Shown here in pieces: positions 1-11,932 of a stretch of 64,000 nt of DNA. The number at the start of each line of letters is the position of its first letter. Positions within the stretch are counted from its first letter, which is position 1. The position numbers were made by a program, and so were the translations under genes. This stretch comes from an uncultured delta proteobacterium (lineage in GTDB: Bacteria; Desulfobacterota; Binatia; UBA9968), in assembly GCA_963745835.1 (NCBI GenBank), contig CAVUZH010000003.1, forward strand, positions 704,001 to 768,000, in the 5' to 3' direction. The notes below the pieces were generated by a model. It worked only from the letters and a program-made list of their open reading frames with translations. It ran no database searches and was not told the DNA's origin.

Positions 1-167
1 AGCACTGATCCATATTTGTCCGCCTCTGCAAAGACGCTGACGCTCGCGGTAACCTGGTACCCGACGCGTGGTTCGCGGCATTGGCCGTGGAGTCCGGCCG
101 CGACTGGGTGACCACGGACAGTGATTATGCTCGTTTCCCCGGACTTAAATGGCACGCCCCGTCTTGA
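1..167 (+). CDS. vapC: 3' end of a PIN-domain (VapC-type) toxin, truncated by the window edge; in-frame TGA at 6-8
   Basis: Manual translation: H*SIFVRLCKDADARGNLVPDAWFAALAVESGRDWVTTDSDYARFPGLKWHAPS*, matching the VapC C-terminal pattern GNxxxDAxxAALAxExGxxxxTxDxDF/YxRFxGL. Confidence 0.8.
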
Positions 168-409
168 AATCCAAAACACCAAACTCTCTTTTCGCAGCCG
201 CTCTTGTACCTTCAGAACCGCCGGCAACGTCTATTTTTCTCTCGTGACTCCGGTCCCGGCCAGTACGGCAACATAGAATGAGAAATCCGCGTCCTTCGGC
301 TCTGGCCGGGGCGCTCACTACAGGTCTAATCATAATCTGATTCTTTCTGATCTACCTTCCTCATGAATATCTGTTTTCGGATGCCATCCAACTTTGCGGT
401 TCGGCATAT

Positions 410-2075
410 TTATCGATCATGGCTGGACGTGAGCGGTTTTGATTTAGCTCTTCGAAGATAGTCTTTCACTTGCTCATTTTCCTTGAGAGTGGCAAGTAAA
501 GCCCTAGCAATAAGCTCATACCCAACGGCGTTGGTATGCCATGGATCAGCCTGCATATAAATTTTTCCGAAGGATTCGATGGGCGTGTAAAGCTTTTTCT
601 CACCGTTCTTAGCTTCGACTGCAAAACTCCTGATATATGGTACATCCAAACCTTCCCATTTTCCTTCTTCTCCACTGTTGGTGTAAACATAGAAGAGACT
701 TGTTCCTGCGGGAAAGGTCGCCGAATAAGACCAGACGTGGTCGGCTGGTTTCTGATCCCCATGTGTTCCGTCGTCGTACATGACGATTTTGTTCGGTATA
801 AGGTTTCCCAATTTCGGATGATTTCCCGCGATGTAAATTGCCTTTGGTACAGACCATTTGTCCGCAAACAACCGAAAGACAACTTCGATTTCTCCATCAA
901 CATTGCCCCGTTGACGCTTACGAGGTTCAAGGTTTAATGTCCTCTCTAATTCCTCCTCGATCCTCTTTTGTGCCGCTGCGATCAAAGCACTGCTGTCCAC
1001 GAGCGGGACGCGTTCATCCCTGGAAATTCTTTGCAGTATCTTGAGATACGGGCTGTCCGTCCAAAACTCGTTGTACAGCAGGACAATACTGATATTGTGG
1101 TTCCTGGCCAGCTTGATCATCTCGCGGTGATAGTTATCAAAGTCTTTCACTGAATCCTTCATCCACGGTTCGAATTTATCAAAATCATTATCGACCACCT
1201 GTCTCTTCCATGTCGTGTGTCGCGACATGTTCTCAATATGCCTATCAATCGGCTCGGGCTTCCATTTTAAGAGCAAAGCCCAGTATTGCAGAAGTTTGAA
1301 GGATTCACTTTTGTTGACTATACCGCTCAGCGTCTTCAGCAAAGTAACAGATTCTTTGGCTGTAGACGCATTCTTATTATGGACACCCGCCATGTTGGGT
1401 TCATTCATGGCAAAGCCAAGGACCACTACATCAGGCTTGAGATCGAGCACTCTTGTTTTTAGCAACATTAATCCATTAATGGAGGAGTAGCCACCCACCC
1501 CTAAATTGAACACTTCAAAATTTGCTTCTGGGAACTCGCGCTTAAGCAAAGTCTTCAACGTCTGAGGGTAGGCCTGATTCTGCGCAACGTTCCAGCCAAA
1601 TGTCCATGAATCCCCCAGACATACTATCCGAAAGACGGATGGTGGCTTTTCCTTCGGAAACTCCACATCCCTGAACCCTTCGGAGTTAAGCGAAACTTCC
1701 CAAGTTGGATTCCCTTTTAGGGAATTCGGAAGGCTGAGGAAAGAAGCCGAGGAGAGCCGTTTTCTCTTGCTCGCTATGAGCGGGGCTGAAAATATCGACG
1801 TACTTCCGGTGAATGTTTGGTCGATTCTTCCAGATCAATAGATCGTCTGACTCCAACATCCGGAGACCATCCAGCCACGGGGGAATCGGGCCGTAGTAAG
1901 AGCCAAACACATATGGCAACGGAACTTCCGTCACCATCGAGTTCCGGGCAAAATACGCGATCCTGAGCAGTGCTTCCAGGATCGCGAAAACCAATAGTGT
2001 CGCGCCCAGCCCTTTAGCGATCTCGCTGAAAATAACCTTACGCTTCATCGTCCAACTGAGACCTGGGTTTTTCAT
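410..2075 (-). CDS. Membrane-anchored SGNH/GDSL hydrolase or acyltransferase with an inserted carbohydrate-binding-like domain; frameshifted near 1690-1750
   Basis: ORF 1686..2075 gives the N-terminal TM (AILEALLR). ORF 410..1666 has CLGDSWTFG, GVGGYSS, GFAMNE and DPWHTN (DxxH). Confidence 0.8.
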
Positions 2076-2265
2076 GGGTATCGCTCACGCGTAAACGAGG
2101 CTTCCGATTCTGTTCGTCATATTCAGAACGACGAAATCTACGCTGATCACGTCGGGAAGTAGTGCTCTTTCTGCAGCTTTATCACGAATATAAGTCGGTG
2201 CAACAAACAACTTTTCGAGCGTACGCTGCCGCGGTGGGAATCCTATATTTTGCGCCGCATCGCTC

Positions 2266-2365
2266 GTAGGATCCCATGCTCGTGCGCTTCTATGACGGCG
2301 CGATTTTACCCAGGGCTTTGCCCAAAATCGTCGAAGGTGAGCATAAGGTACTTTTCACCAGTCAT
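2266..2365 (-). pseudogene. Relic N-terminus of a ChbG/YdjC (HpnK-like) deacetylase
   Basis: MTGEKYLMLTFDDFGQSPG*NRAVIEAHEHGIL aligns with [29 protein letters not shown] of the intact gene at 25394..26218; internal stop, remainder missing. Confidence 0.7.
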
Positions 2366-2512
2366 AGTCACACTCGTGAGTCCTCGATAATCTTTGCCAG
2401 GACGGTCTCGGCGCGAAAATGTCTTATGATTTGGCCCGGCGGCACGCGAGGGTTTGTGGAGCAGATAAGGATTGCTCTGGAAGGCCAAACACACAATCCT
2501 GCATAAGAGAAG

Positions 2513-4214
2513 TTATGGGAAACCTTTGATTTCCGCTTTAACGTAGCTTTCTTCCAGTTTCATTAAACCTTCTGGATCGTTGGTCAGATCGTAGACGAAA
2601 ATGGAGTAGCCGACTTTCGCCACCGGCTGGCGCACCCAGAGCCAGCGAAAGAGCGGATCATCGGGGCTCGAAACATCCTGCAAATTGTAAACGCTGATCG
2701 CGAGCATCTTCCGAAGCGCGTCCGGCTGGAACCTTGTCAGCAGGCGGCGGCCATTCCAAAGTGCCGTTTCCCGGGACATATTGGTAGCGAATCCCGTAGT
2801 AAGAAGGCGGGGCTGTTCCGAAGTAAGACAAATAAATAATCGGCAGCTTCTCCTTCTCCATATACGCTTTTAGTCTTTTTAGGTCTTGTCCCCAGTCCAG
2901 ATTCGAATCGCTCAAATAGACGGTAACCCTGCTCCGGGCCTCCGACCGATTCATTAAAATACGCAAGCTGGTGCGGCGCAATGCGAAGCGAAGAAATAGC
3001 CGTGAAGAGCACCGGGATACCGATCAGCAATGGTGCGAGCCAGTCGCGGCGTAAGCGAGACCGTCGCCAGACGCGAGGCCAGGACGAAGAGAAACGGATA
3101 AATGGGAAGAATGTGGCGCAGACCGATATTCGTCTTCGCCTGCGTCATGGCAAGGAAAAAATTAGGATTACCGGCAGCACAAGGAAAAGGCTTGGCGGTA
3201 TCGGAGAGGCGTCCCGGCGCGGTAAAAAACAAGCGAGAGGGTGATAAGCACCAGGCTACCCATGGGTGTCTTGATAAGAAAGGCGATCGGGAAATAGCTC
3301 CACCAGTTGTGCGAAGAATATTCTCCTAAGAAAAAGGCCGGTAGGCCTTCTTGCGACAAAGTCAGAAATTGATAAAAGCCGGATAGCCAGGGTTGAAATC
3401 CTTGAAAGAAGTAAGCTGGCGGAATTGTCAGTAAGGCAACAAAAAATCAGCGAAAGGACTGTTGCTGCCTGAAGGAACTTGTGCCGTGTTTCATTTTGGT
3501 TCCGTTTTGAGGGCAAGAGAACATAACGCTCGCTGTCGATTAAAACAGATGCGATAACAATCAGAGCGATCATCGGGATGAGCAGAACCGCTGAAAATTT
3601 GGAGAGCAGGGCCATGCCTGTAGAAATGCCCGTTGCGATCAAAGCGTCCATGCGGGTCGATTCATATATTCCCAGAAAAGATAGACGGCAAGAAAAATGA
3701 ACAAAGTGACTCCGGTATCGGTGGTCACAGCGAGGAATGAGCAACGAGATTCGGTTCCAAAGACGCAAGCGCCATGGCCAGCATGGCTGCGCGATTGCCC
3801 CAAAGGCGGTAGGCCCACCATCCGGTGAGCGCTACCAGGACGCCGCCGAGCAATAAATTAGGGAAGCGACTCAAAGCAAGTATTTGATCGGCGCTGGACG
3901 GTGATTTGTACAGTAAGTCCCGTCCAATGCAAGTAACCATCTGCATCGCGCCAATGTTTAGGATCTGGACGGAAAGGCAGCCTGTAGCCTATGAAAAGCG
4001 GAAGCGCAAGAAGCTCTTTGATGAGGGGCGGGTTTTGCGGCTCTATGCGAAAGTCTCTTTTTGTAAGATAAGAATAGCCCGCTCCGAGATGCATTGCCTC
4101 ATCGATGGTTTGAGAGTTCGCTCGAATGAAGAAAATTCCCTGCACGAAGAAAAGGACCAGAAGAAAAAAAGCTCCGCCCAGTGCAAGTTTAGTTCTGGAC
4201 ATTAAACTGCTCAT
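2513..4214 (-). CDS. ArnT/PMT-like (GT-C fold) membrane glycosyltransferase, split by several frameshifts
   Basis: Consecutive fragments: TIDEAMHLGAGY..NPPLIK, ALLSKFSA, WWSYFPIAFLIKTP, NIGLRHILPIYP, LAYFNE..GG, DSNLDWGQDL. Confidence 0.75.
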
Positions 4215-4291
4215 GGGATGCCAAGCGCAGAAAAAGCGGTTGAGACCTGTACTGTAAATTGCTGACACCGGGCACATTTTGTCTACGGAAC

Positions 4292-5906
4292 TTAGTCTTT
4301 ATTCTTCGACCTCTGAGATAGCTGCTCTAAGACATAGACTTTGTAGTTGAATGATGTGAAGGGAATAGACCAACTATACTCGCGAATTACTCTATAGCCC
4401 GCGATAGGAGAAGCCGCGATCACATAAGGTTTTTTCTCCCCTGATGTGACCAAAGGAACATCTCTCTCGCGTACGGCGCCGGGCGACAGGTTTTCGGGGT
4501 GGGCATAGAGGTTCCAACCGTTGAAGACATATCCTGCGTCAATACTGTGCAAAAGGAATATTTTTTGTCACGAAGCCAGCTGAGCGCCTTGAGCGGTAGC
4601 GCGGCTAGTTTGGTTCTCGTTCCAGGTCACGAGCATAGATATAGCGTAAAAGAATGGCTGATACAAGCAAGCGCTCATCTTGGATCTAATATGGCTATTC
4701 GTAAGCATCACAATCAGGGGTGGGAGCAAGACCATAGAGTATCGATCAGAGTTCCATGGACCAAAGAACCAGAGAACCATTATAAGAGCAAAATGGATGG
4801 ACGCATACCAAACAAAAAGACCGAGTGGGTTTGCAATACCGGCGCGAGATTACATCGATAACTTTCACAATAATCGCAGCAGAAGAAAGAACGGAAAGTG
4901 TGAAAAGAGGATGGGTTCAACCACGAAGGGCAAGAAATCAGGAGCTGGTGGGCCCTGTAAGAGGTGACGCTCTCTGCCGAGGGTATTCAACTGCCACATC
5001 CCTTCTTGCGGATCGGGAATTTCGCCCGCAAATAATATCGAGCACCCGTTAAGATAAGTAAAGCGATGACAGCACCCCAAAACAGAGGCCGCCTGTAGAC
5101 TGAAGATGACCATGGGGATGCTCAGAGGGAGAAGTGCAAGTCCGACATGCATAAAGATTCGCAATACGCCCGGCACTGCTTGGTGATAATGATGGATCCA
5201 ATAATCGATCACCCAAGTCGTCCAGAATGTAGACTGCAGAAGTCACGCCAAAGATTTGAGCAGTGAAGATAGATGTAAGGGAGAACAGTAAACAAAATGC
5301 AGCGGCGGGTAAAAGATATCTCCAGGACCTGTAGGATGGCGCAAAAAGCAAATAAAGCAGTAGACTTGCTGGTATTGCGATCAGCAATCTGTCGTATGAA
5401 GAGGGCACATGCTGTAAAAATGCAGCCCAGCCATAGATTCAAAGGGCTTTCTCCGAGAAAGCCCACGCACAATGAAGAAGAAGGCGATCGTGGCATAAGC
5501 TCACGAAGTGAACATCGGTCATGAATGAGAAAGTGAGGACAAAAAATACAGGATTCGCGACAAGGACAACAGTCGCAATAAGACTCTCCCTTCGCGCGCG
5601 CCCAAACTCCCGCAATGTGCCGTACAGCGCCAAGGCCCCAAGCCAAGCCAGCACCACTGTAGAAAGTCGAAGGGCCGAAAATGAGAACCCAAAGGTAAGC
5701 AAAACAACGCTCCCCAAAGAATTTGCGTAAAAGGATAGTGAACGGACCAATCTAGGATTTGCAACTGGCCAGTTTCGAGGAAATGTTCAACGCTCCAAGC
5801 ATAAGTCCAGTCATCGTGAAAAGGCAGATTAGGAAGCGGATGAAGCAGGAGTGACGGGGAAGGAGAAAAAAAGAGCCAGGATTCCAGCTGGGATCAGGTG
5901 CTTCAC
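4292..5906 (-). CDS. Second ArnT/PMT-like (GT-C) membrane glycosyltransferase, split by several frameshifts
   Basis: N-terminal PFHDDWTYAWSV motif, SFMTDVHF, many hydrophobic fragments, C-terminal IDAGYVFNGW. Confidence 0.65.
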
Positions 5907-6026
5907 CGTAGCATGCGCACTCTTAAAACTCCGGAAATCGTCGCCCGGTTTAAAACATGAGAAAATTTTTTGCAAAGGCGTGAAGTTTGTGGACGACGTT
6001 ACCGTTGGGTTTATATAAGCTTTAGG

Positions 6027-7101
6027 TCATAGCTTAATGGGACGAGATGAGTTTAGAGGGTGGCGTAACTCGAACGCAACAAGTCGTTCGTTTTGTAGCA
6101 TGCAGTGATATCCGTATCGGAGGTGCGCGCTGAATTCATGGTAGTAATCGAACCACCAGAACGCCGGCCAGCTAAATATGATAGCGGCGACTCCGGAGCC
6201 GCGTAACCGTTCGAGCTCGTCAATGGCCGTAGCATCATCCGGTGGTGGTCCCGAATATTGACCGTCTCTATCAAGAAACGGAATGGCTCGACGCCCGGCT
6301 GAAATCTCGGTTGTAAACGCGCCTTGATCAACCAGAATGAAAGTGTCCTCGGGCTGGACCAAATCGGCGATCTCCTGTGCTGACAACTGAACCCGGTACT
6401 CCCAATTCCAGCTAACGCTTCCTTTGCGTAAAACCGCCGGGCCATGGCAATCCTGCCTCGGCAGTGTCTCAATTCTGTTGGAGAGGCTACGCCTACCGAG
6501 GAATTCATGTACAGCAATCGCGCAACCATCCCAAGTATAATAGTCGTCTAAAACCACGAAGCCACGGTCCAAAACTTGATCATAAAGATTGTCCAGACAG
6601 CACTTTACGCTCGAATACCAATCGCAGTCGATTCGGAGCAGAGCGATGGCACCGACGCGCTCACGATTGTTCCGTAGGGTCTGGTCAAACCAACCCTTGA
6701 CGAACTCAGTATAAGAGGCAAGTCCGAGGTCCGCCGCAATACCCTGTACCTCCTCGAGTGACGCACGACAGTTATCAAAGTACCAGGGATTGTTTGTGTT
6801 CTTGGCGTACGCCATGGCGGCTGGGCCGTCGATTACATCCGGCGGATGGCAATCCCTCGAACGAGTCAAAGAGCCAGACTTTTCGATCAGTGACCCCGGC
6901 CTGACGCAGGAGTTCAGCCATCAGGAACGCGGCGCCGCCGCGCCAAACCCCGCATTCCACAAAGTCGCCTGGAATGTTGCTCACGAGCAGGTATTTCACC
7001 TGAAGTGCAAGATCTACAAGCGACGCCTCGGCGACCATTGTAAACTGCCGTACCTTGTCCAGAACCGCCGTGAGCTCATGTATGTTTTTTAACGATTCCA
7101 T
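6027..7101 (-). CDS. TylF/MycF-family O-methyltransferase with an extra C-terminal domain; frameshift near 6850
   Basis: GDFVECGVWRGG and WLFDSFEGLP (ORF 6775..7164) continue into VKGWFDQTL, LLRIDCDWYSS and DDY (ORF 6027..6869). Confidence 0.85.
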
Positions 7102-7147
7102 TCTCCATTCGATAAGAAAAATGTCATCCAAATCGGCGGATTTCGAC

Positions 7148-8152
7148 TCACGTCGCCAAGTCAAACACGACCAAACGTTCGTTTTTCAGCACACAATGAT
7201 ACTGGGATTTAAGTTTGCTATGAAACTCCGCGTAATAATCCAGCCACCAAAAAGCATCCCAAGTAAAGACTAGAAACTTCGCACCTGACTCACGCAGCCG
7301 AGTGAGTTCTCGAATCGCCGTGTCGTCGTCTGATGGCACGCCCCAATACTTTCCCTCTCGTTCCAGAAAGGGTATGGCCCAACGTTCATTAACGAGCTGG
7401 CCTCTGATCACGTCATGGTCAACCAGGATGAACCTTTGTCCGTGTGAAATGAGCCTCCCAATTTCATTCACGGTCTTAAAGAGCCGATGTAACTCTAAAT
7501 ATGACCTCGGGTGAACTATCGAGAGCTTACGGATAGCTGTGTTTTCTGCTTCCTTTTTCAGGAGAGGGTGTTTTTCTAAAGACTGGGCTCTCATGAAAAG
7601 TAATATGTTTTGTGCGTACCACCACTCGACGAGCTCGTTTTGCCATACTTTGTCCCGTATGCAATCGATCGCAATATACTCTTTCCGTTTGAAATGGCTT
7701 ACCCAATAGTCTGGCCATTGCTCATTAAAGTGGTCTGTCCCTCCTTGACACGGAATCGCCGCAGAAAACAGAATGACATCTCCCAGGTTGATGAGAGACT
7801 CAACAAATGTCTCCGCGCATTCGAGGGGCAAGTGTTCAGCAACTTCTAACGACACGACCAGATCGAATTGCCTCTCTATTCGAAAAGGTTTCGTGAAGTC
7901 ACATGACAAGAAGCTATCCCCTGGGATTTCTAGAGCATCGCGGTCTACCCAATCACCGTCTACTCCCAAGAAGTCCGCGATCCCAGATTCTCTGAACACA
8001 GACAACCAAGTTCCTGTGCCCGAACCCACATCAACGACACTCCCGGGCCGGATTAGTTCTAAAACCAAAGGAACAATTTCCTTTGCTGATTGTCTCGACC
8101 CGCTTTCGTGTGCCCTATAGAAATCACGGTTATAGGATTGGCTGTTTTGCAT
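7148..8152 (-). CDS. Class I SAM-dependent methyltransferase with the same extra C-terminal domain
   Basis: VVDVGSGTG, SLEVAEHL, FSAAIPCQGGTDHFNEQWPDYW; likely ATG at 8152 (ORF extends to 8206). Confidence 0.85.
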   Translation of the reverse strand: MQNSQSYNRDFYRAHESGSRQSAKEIVPLVLELIRPGSVVDVGSGTGTWLSVFRESGIADFLGVDGDWVDRDALEIPGDSFLSCDFTKPFRIERQFDLVVSLEVAEHLPLECAETFVESLINLGDVILFSAAIPCQGGTDHFNEQWPDYWVSHFKRKEYIAIDCIRDKVWQNELVEWWYAQNILLFMRAQSLEKHPLLKKEAENTAIRKLSIVHPRSYLELHRLFKTVNEIGRLISHGQRFILVDHDVIRGQLVNERWAIPFLEREGKYWGVPSDDDTAIRELTRLRESGAKFLVFTWDAFWWLDYYAEFHSKLKSQYHCVLKNERLVVFDLAT

Positions 8153-8214
8153 GGACTCGGAAACCACGAGATTATCCACGAGAGTTTTAATCCGCAAGCA
8201 TCTCAAGCAAAGTA

Positions 8215-9432
8215 TCAGTTATTGTCATTCATTGCTTTGTCAATAAGCCGGCTAAGGACTTTTGCAGAGTCGAAGTATTCTTCGGCTATGGCCCTTGCCG
8301 CTCGGCAGTGGAACTCATAACGCCTGTTGACCTCCTCAATTCCCGCAAGCGCGTTTTCAGGTGTACTAAAGGGAATAACGCCTGCTCCTGTTTGTAACCA
8401 ATCCGAAAAGCCGGTCTCTTGAACGACTACGGGCCTCCCACTGCTAAGGTAAGCGGCGCTACGTTCGCTGAACCAACCGCTACGAGTGACAACATACCCG
8501 TGTTTAGCAACTCCGAACTCCGCCTTCGACTGCTGAATGTACTGCTGATAACTCCAAGGGTCTCGTGCTGCCTCGAGGGGATTGCTTAGCGTCCAGCCCT
8601 TAGCACGTAGCAAATTGCACGGTGCTGTCGGACTACCGACAGCCAATTCAAGAATAGGTCCGGCTCTCTTGGGCAGGTCACGATAGGGCGCGAAACTGTC
8701 CGACTTCATGCCATAACGTTGTCCATCGTATATCCTCCCAGGAAGGCTGTCCCATTGCATGACCGTTGTGAACTTCCCCTGTGCCGGCCCCGGCTTTACC
8801 GGCCACGTTTCCAAGACGACCGGCTGTCGGGTAGTTTGCCACGGCAGTCGATCGTCCGGAATGCTGCACCGACTGAGGCCGATATTCTCACCAAATGAAA
8901 AAAACGCGGTGTGTTGCATGGCGAGATTTTGTGCCGCAGCATCAGTAAGATGTTTGATCTGAGTGAAGGCTGGATCGGTATCGACAAAAACCCTTGCGGG
9001 AATATTTATAAGCCAGGGGCGTAAGGGATTCACGCCGCTGAGATTTAGCAGGATGTCCGCAGTCGTGAACGTCTCCAGAATGTGATTAGCGTACGGACCA
9101 AGCCAGCGCGAGGTGTGAGCATCATAATATGCCCAGCGGTCTGCTAGGCCAACACGTTCAAAAGTTTGAGTCGCAAATTGCAGCCCATAAGTCGGATCGG
9201 TGTCCATGGTGTGTCTTGTCGGATCGTAGCAAGACCAGGGAGTATCGCCGCTATCTTCGGCGAAGTATACGTCATGCCCACACTGAGCGAGACCCATTAC
9301 ATACTGCAAGTGGTGCCAGACTAAGCCGCCCACTGGCCCACGAACGATGTATCCGAGTACGATGATTCGCAACCGACTGCTTGTATCGCGGTACGGGATC
9401 GATCTAGTGTCAATCTGGTGTGGTCCGCTCAT
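8215..9432 (-). CDS. Uncharacterised GT-B-like (Glyco_trans_1_2/CgeB-like) protein, paralog A3
   Basis: GGLVWHHLQYVMGL..GHDVYFAED, DTDPAFTQ, GWFSERSAAYLSSGRPVVVQETGFS, EEYFD. Confidence 0.75.
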   Translation of the reverse strand: MSGPHQIDTRSIPYRDTSSRLRIIVLGYIVRGPVGGLVWHHLQYVMGLAQCGHDVYFAEDSGDTPWSCYDPTRHTMDTDPTYGLQFATQTFERVGLADRWAYYDAHTSRWLGPYANHILETFTTADILLNLSGVNPLRPWLINIPARVFVDTDPAFTQIKHLTDAAAQNLAMQHTAFFSFGENIGLSRCSIPDDRLPWQTTRQPVVLETWPVKPGPAQGKFTTVMQWDSLPGRIYDGQRYGMKSDSFAPYRDLPKRAGPILELAVGSPTAPCNLLRAKGWTLSNPLEAARDPWSYQQYIQQSKAEFGVAKHGYVVTRSGWFSERSAAYLSSGRPVVVQETGFSDWLQTGAGVIPFSTPENALAGIEEVNRRYEFHCRAARAIAEEYFDSAKVLSRLIDKAMNDNN

Positions 9433-9435
9433 TGG

Positions 9436-10677
9436 CTAATTCAAAGCGTTCTCGATCAAGTGAGTCAGCACCTTGTCAGAGTTGAAATACTGCTCCGCGA
9501 TCATGCGCGCTGCTTTAGCATGCTTATTATAGTTGCTGTCTACCTCTCGGATGCCGGCGATTGCTTCTTCCGGAGTTCTAAAGCTAAGGATCCCTGAGCC
9601 AGTTGGCAGGATTTCTGAAAAACCCGTATCCTGAACAACAACAGGTTTTCCAGCCGCAAGATAACAAGCGGACCTACAGCTAAACCAGCCTGGTTGGCCC
9701 AAAACGTAGCCATTTTTGGCTACGCTCCAATCGGCTTTCGATGCCTGGACGTATTCGCGATAGCTGTCGATATCGCCACACATCGCCATTGCATCGACAA
9801 CACTCCAACCGACTTGCATCAAAAGGTCGAGGACCTTCCACTTAGGATTATCAATTGTAAATGTCTTAATTTTTTGAGAGAAGTCTTGATCATCAGTGTT
9901 CCAGGTGTGTAAAAGTTTCCCGATAGCAACTTCCATCGTGGTGCAACCTACTTTAGTGGGCAGGTCGAGAAATCGCTTGAATTCCGTGTCCTTTTGGCCA
10001 TATTTTTGTCCCTCATAGACCAAGGCCTCGTAACTGGTCCAACTCATAACCGTGGTAAAAACATCACGCTGCGGTGGACACAAATTCCATTCAGATAGAA
10101 CGACGGGCTGCCGTGTAGCGCGCCAGTTATAATCAAGGGCAGGTAAAAAATTCGGCAAACGCTCACCAAATGTAAAGAACACATCATGGGCATTAACACA
10201 GTTACGAAATTTCTCAGGGCCTTGGGCTATCTTGATCTGCGTGAAGACAGGATCGCTATCAATGTATGCGAGAGTGTCAGCTCCGCGGTAAAACTCGGGG
10301 TGTTCCAGAGAGCCAGATACGTTGATCAACAAATCTGCAGATTTTGTGATTTCTGTTCGTTTCGTATCTGAAAGCCCGTACCATTCTCCCTCTCCGATGG
10401 GGAACCGATAGGCCCATTTACCTTCAAACCCAAAACGGGACATCACAGTCGCGAGATGATTTACATTTTTGTGGCAGTCATAAGCCGTCCAGTCGTCGCC
10501 ACATGGACCTCCATCTAGCTTATAGGGCCATTCCCCCGAATCCTCGAAGTAATAGACATCGTGTCCGAGACGCGCGAGACCCAAAGGATATTGCAGGTAG
10601 TCCCACGTCACGCCCCCAAGCAACGGATGTTGAGCGATAAAGCCTGTCACAATTATGCGTAGGGAAGAGGCTGGCAT
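9436..10677 (-). CDS. Uncharacterised GT-B-like protein, paralog A2
   Basis: GGVTWDYLQYPLGL..GHDVYYFED, DSDPVFTQ, GWFSCRSACYLAAGKPVVVQDTGFS. Confidence 0.75.
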   Translation of the reverse strand: MPASSLRIIVTGFIAQHPLLGGVTWDYLQYPLGLARLGHDVYYFEDSGEWPYKLDGGPCGDDWTAYDCHKNVNHLATVMSRFGFEGKWAYRFPIGEGEWYGLSDTKRTEITKSADLLINVSGSLEHPEFYRGADTLAYIDSDPVFTQIKIAQGPEKFRNCVNAHDVFFTFGERLPNFLPALDYNWRATRQPVVLSEWNLCPPQRDVFTTVMSWTSYEALVYEGQKYGQKDTEFKRFLDLPTKVGCTTMEVAIGKLLHTWNTDDQDFSQKIKTFTIDNPKWKVLDLLMQVGWSVVDAMAMCGDIDSYREYVQASKADWSVAKNGYVLGQPGWFSCRSACYLAAGKPVVVQDTGFSEILPTGSGILSFRTPEEAIAGIREVDSNYNKHAKAARMIAEQYFNSDKVLTHLIENALN

Positions 10678-10791
10678 TCAGTTCAGGTCAACACTGGTTT
10701 GATTGAATAGTACTGAAGTCTCCTACTTGACAGCGCACCCACTACAATTCTGATAACACCAATGACTTCTTACGAACCTACGAGTCACAAT

Positions 10792-11932
10792 CTACGACAA
10801 CGCTTGCTCCAAGACAGCCGCGACGACATTACGCGCATCGAAATACTCCTCCGCGAGATCGCGAGCTAGCTTACATTGCTTCTCATAATCGATCACGACT
10901 CTCTCAATGTAGTGTGATGCCTCCTCTACATCGCGGAAGCGAAATAGGCCAGCAGAATTGGGAAGAAAACGGCTTCGTCCTGTATGTTGCACAACGGCTG
11001 GCTTGCCGCTAGCCAAATAGCACAGGGTTCGGTTACTAACCCAGGCATTTTCGAGTCTCAAGCAAGCGGGTTTGGCGCAGCTAAATTCACTGAAAGAGTC
11101 CTGAATGTAACCCTGATAATTCCATGGGGTTGATGCGACCGTATGAGCATCAACAACACGCCAGCCGCGGCGTTGCAGTATAAATCGCTGCTCGTCCTCT
11201 GGCCACAAATCGAGCGCCAGTTCGAGAGGCTGGCCTGTAAGACGTGGCATGTCGAGAAATGGGAGAAATCCAGTCCGTTTTTCGTCCACGTGTGCTTTTG
11301 CTTCCTCGCTTTGTAACCACGCACTCGCATACCAATGCGCCAAAGTAGTAAACGCGCCTTTGCGTGTTGCTTCACAGGATGGCCACCATTCGAGAGCCAC
11401 ACATGGAGGCGTGTAAATCCACTTCAGTCCTACATCCGGAATGCGCGTCCCTGACTGACCAACGGTCTCTCCGGTCGTAAAGTACACATCGTGCGGAGCC
11501 GTGCATACCTGTCCTTTGCTCATCCATAACTGTAATAAACCTGGGTCAATATCTACCAGGGCTGACCTCCGGAAGCGCTTTACAACCTGCAAGGGGGTGT
11601 CGTAGCGAAGTTCTAATAGGAGATCCGCCTCTGAAGCTGCATCGAGGTCAAGACAGCCTATACTGGTTAGATCTATCGGCAGAGCTTCGTCTAGTGCAGG
11701 AATAAAGAGCCACACAATTCACAAGACCATAGCGCTTAAACGACGTTTCAGGGCGGCAACATTGGTGCGTATCGCATCAGCGGAAGTGGGCCGAGTTATC
11801 GCTTCTAACCAGATTACCTGGCAGCCCAGCGCACGAAGCCCAAGGGCCCAATTCAGATACTCCCATAAATGGCCACCACCCTCTAGGATACTCCAGGGTT
11901 TTTGCTGGAGCGATACATACTGTGATGCTCAT
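10792..11932 (-). CDS. Uncharacterised GT-B-like protein, paralog A1; frameshifted near the 5' end
   Basis: ATG at 11932 gives MSITVCIAPAKTLEYP, then GGGHLWEYLNWALGLRALGCQVIWLEA in another frame; ORF 10792..11715 has DIDPG and AWVSNRTLCYLASGKPAVVQHTG. Confidence 0.7.
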
